A DNA stretch of 64,000 bases from Vicinamibacteria bacterium (GTDB lineage: Bacteria; Acidobacteriota; Vicinamibacteria; Vicinamibacterales; JAENWD01): NCBI GenBank assembly GCA_963828745.1, contig CAWHFZ010000008.1, forward strand, positions 224,723-288,722. The letters run 5' to 3'. The notes under the pieces are model-generated. The model did no database searches and was not told where the DNA came from. It saw only the letters and a program-made list of their open reading frames with translations. Shown here one piece after another: positions 62,021 through 64,000 of this stretch. A program made the translations under genes and the position numbers. Every line of letters begins with the position of its first letter. Within the stretch, counting starts at the first letter, position 1.

Positions 62021-63728
62021 GTGACGATCGCCGCCGACATCGAGCGCCGCTGGCGCGATGCGTTGTTCTCGACGACGCCGGCCGACAGACCGGCGACGGA
62101 GGCGGCCGTGGCTGCTCTCTATGCCGCAGCGAGCGTGCCGCCTCCCCGCCATTACTGCTGGTTCGACTCTCCATGCGCCGGCGCCTGGGCGATCGCGCTC
62201 CTGCTCGAACCGCGCGATCGCAACTGGAACACGCTCGTCGGAAGCGTACGCAGCCGGCGCGGCGACGAGCGCGATCGACTCGAGCAGGCGCACGCGCACC
62301 TCCTCGCGCAGACGTCGCTGGCCGACATCGCCGGCATCATCGCCTCGTTCGGTCATCCGCTGGCGCCGCCGCTGATGAGTGGCGGACTGCCGCCGAAGTC
62401 GCTCCACAGCGACTTCCTCGGCGCGCGGCTCGAAGTGCACGGCGACGTCTCGGCATTGTTCGCACAGCCGATGGACACCCCCCTGCAGCGCGCCGAAGAT
62501 CGACTCTGGGGCAACGCCGGCGTCCTGCGGAGCGGCCTCTTCTGCCACACGCCACAAACCCTCGTCAGCCAGAACTTCTACAGCGGCTACTCGTTCACGC
62601 AGATGGCGATGGACGACAATGCGCTCGGCACGCGCACGCCGCCGCCGCTGCTCCAGGCAGCCTGGACGATCGCGCGATCGGTCGGCCCGTGGTGGGCATG
62701 GATGGGGGCCGCGATGCTCTCGGAGCACCCGGTGGAGCTCCACGTCGATGCCGAAGGCCGTCCCCACCGTGCCGATGGACCCGCGGCGGTGTACAGGGAC
62801 GGCTGGAAGGTATTTGCCTGGGAAGGCTACGCGATGCGCGAGCAGTGGATCCTCGATCCGGCCAGCGTTCCGAAAGGCGATTTGAAGAACTGTCCGGCCT
62901 CGTTCCGCAAACATGCAGCGGCGTTCGCATCGAAGGCGCCCAAGCCGCCGTCGGCCCGTGCCACGAAGAGCGAGCTCTTCGCCACGGAGCTGCCACGCGA
63001 CCGCGCGGCGCGGATCGATCTCCTGCGAACACATGCGGGCGGACAGCTGTCCAGGTTCGATCGTTACAACGCTGGAGAGCACCGTGCGGTGTGGAAGGAA
63101 CTGAATGACCTGGGCGAGGATGTGCGACAGGAGGCGAACGCCGCAGACGCGCTGGCCGTAACCTACGAGACCATGGAGCGCGTCAACGAGAACATACGGA
63201 TGCTGGTCGATCGCCTGACCACGCTGGGCTACCGGTTCTCGTCACGCGCGCCGCATCAACCGCCGGGGAAGAAGACGGGCAAGCAGTTGCAGACAGCTCG
63301 AACGCCTCGTCGGTCCCCTCCCGCTCTCGCTTCGCGCCTTCTACGACGTCGTCGGCGCCGTCGATCTGCTCGGCCGTCATCCCGGGCTGATCCCGCGCGG
63401 GACATCGATCGCGCCAGATCCTCTGGTGGTCTATGGTGTGGACGACGCGCTGCAGGAAGTGGAATCGATGGACGAGGACGAAGCCGGTGAAATTACGATA
63501 GCGCCGGACGACCTCCACAAGGAAAACGTGAGCGGCGGCGATCCGTACACGATTGCCGTGCCCGACCGCCGCGCCGATGCCATCGTGCTGAACGAGCGGC
63601 ACGATCTGCTGTTCGTGGATTACCTGCGCCTCTGCTGCCGGCTCGGCGGCTTCCCGGGCTACGACGGCGTCGATCGCGACGTTCCGGCGGAGCTTGACCG
63701 GCTGCGGGCGGGGCTGCTGGAATTCTGA
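62021..63728 (+). pseudogene. Hypothetical two-domain protein (DUF6745-like N-terminal region plus SMI1/KNR4 (SUKH)-like C-terminus), one frame change near 63290
   Basis: ORF 62021..63490 (HRADGPAAVYRDGWKVFAWEGYAMREQWI) continues in the frame of ORF 63426..63728 as QLERLVGPLPLSLRAFYDVVGAVDL... The family names are from memory and unverified. Confidence 0.5.
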
Positions 63729-63741
63729 CTGAGGTTGCAAC

Positions 63742-64000
63742 ATGACCGTACGGATGCCTCTCTCCACGATGGCCGCTCTGATCATCGGCGTCTGTCTCAC
63801 GCTGTTTGTGAGCGGGTCGCGTGCCTGGCAAGCCGGCGACCAGGTGGCCCTCGACGCCGACGACATCGGCGGCGTCGTCACCGGCTCGAACGGGCCCGAA
63901 GCTGGCGTCTGGGTGATTGCAGAGACGGCGGATCTGCCGACGCGATTCGTACGCATCGTCGTCACCGACGAGCGCGGACGCTACGTCCTGCCCGACCTGC
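63742..64000 (+). CDS. Secreted protein with carboxypeptidase-regulatory-like N-terminal domain, 5' fragment (runs off window)
   Basis: The ATG at 63742 opens a frame that stays open to the window end. Signal peptide MTVRMPLSTMAALIIGVCLTLFVSG, then GVVTGSNGPEAGVWVIAETADLPTRFVRIVVTDERGRYVLPDL. Not in the ORF track because there is no stop. Confidence 0.6.
   Translation, partial: MTVRMPLSTMAALIIGVCLTLFVSGSRAWQAGDQVALDADDIGGVVTGSNGPEAGVWVIAETADLPTRFVRIVVTDERGRYVLPDL

Overview
High-GC (about two-thirds G+C by eye) bacterial chromosomal segment with about 55 protein-coding genes. I found no rRNA, tRNA, CRISPR array, integrase or prophage. The gene content (carboxypeptidase-regulatory-type TonB receptor, MacB/FtsX efflux sets, sigma-54 two-component pair, many glycoside hydrolases) suggests an Acidobacteriota-like soil organism, but taxonomy cannot be established from the sequence alone.

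Main blocks:
- ABC-2 transporter plus DesK/DesR-like two-component module (1-2978)
- TonB-dependent receptor
- MFP/ATPase/2x FtsX-permease efflux operon followed by a sigma-54 regulator and kinase (7778-15135)
- gltBD glutamate synthase (19510-25522)
- sugar kinase plus nucleotidyltransferase pair
- SPFH-HTH fusion plus zinc-ribbon membrane protein (29967-32219)
- Spy/CpxP-like gene divergent from an OmpR/kinase pair, with an MFP-permease pair (33351-38850)
- ECF sigma/anti-sigma operon
- amino-acid ABC transporter, RNB ribonuclease, SSS symporter, GH43, GT39, ABC-F, PadR module
- glcDEF glycolate oxidase (57389-61151)
- a RAYT-type HUH transposase bracketed by inverted repeats (61134-61971)

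The most unusual content is non-coding:
- two unrelated REP-like repeat families, one GTAGG-type with compensatory stem variants and one AT-rich family bracketing the RAYT
- a different short tandem repeat in each of several intergenic spacers, including a ~216-bp opposed octamer array and G-quadruplex-capable heptads flanking a DinB gene

Many genes can only be read across single-base frame changes. These cluster strongly at 0.4-3.7 kb and 46.8-47.9 kb, which points to local assembly error or very recent decay. I see no clearly novel multi-gene system. The best candidates for follow-up are the RAYT/REP system, the SPFH-HTH module with its upstream palindromes, and the tandem-repeat spacers.
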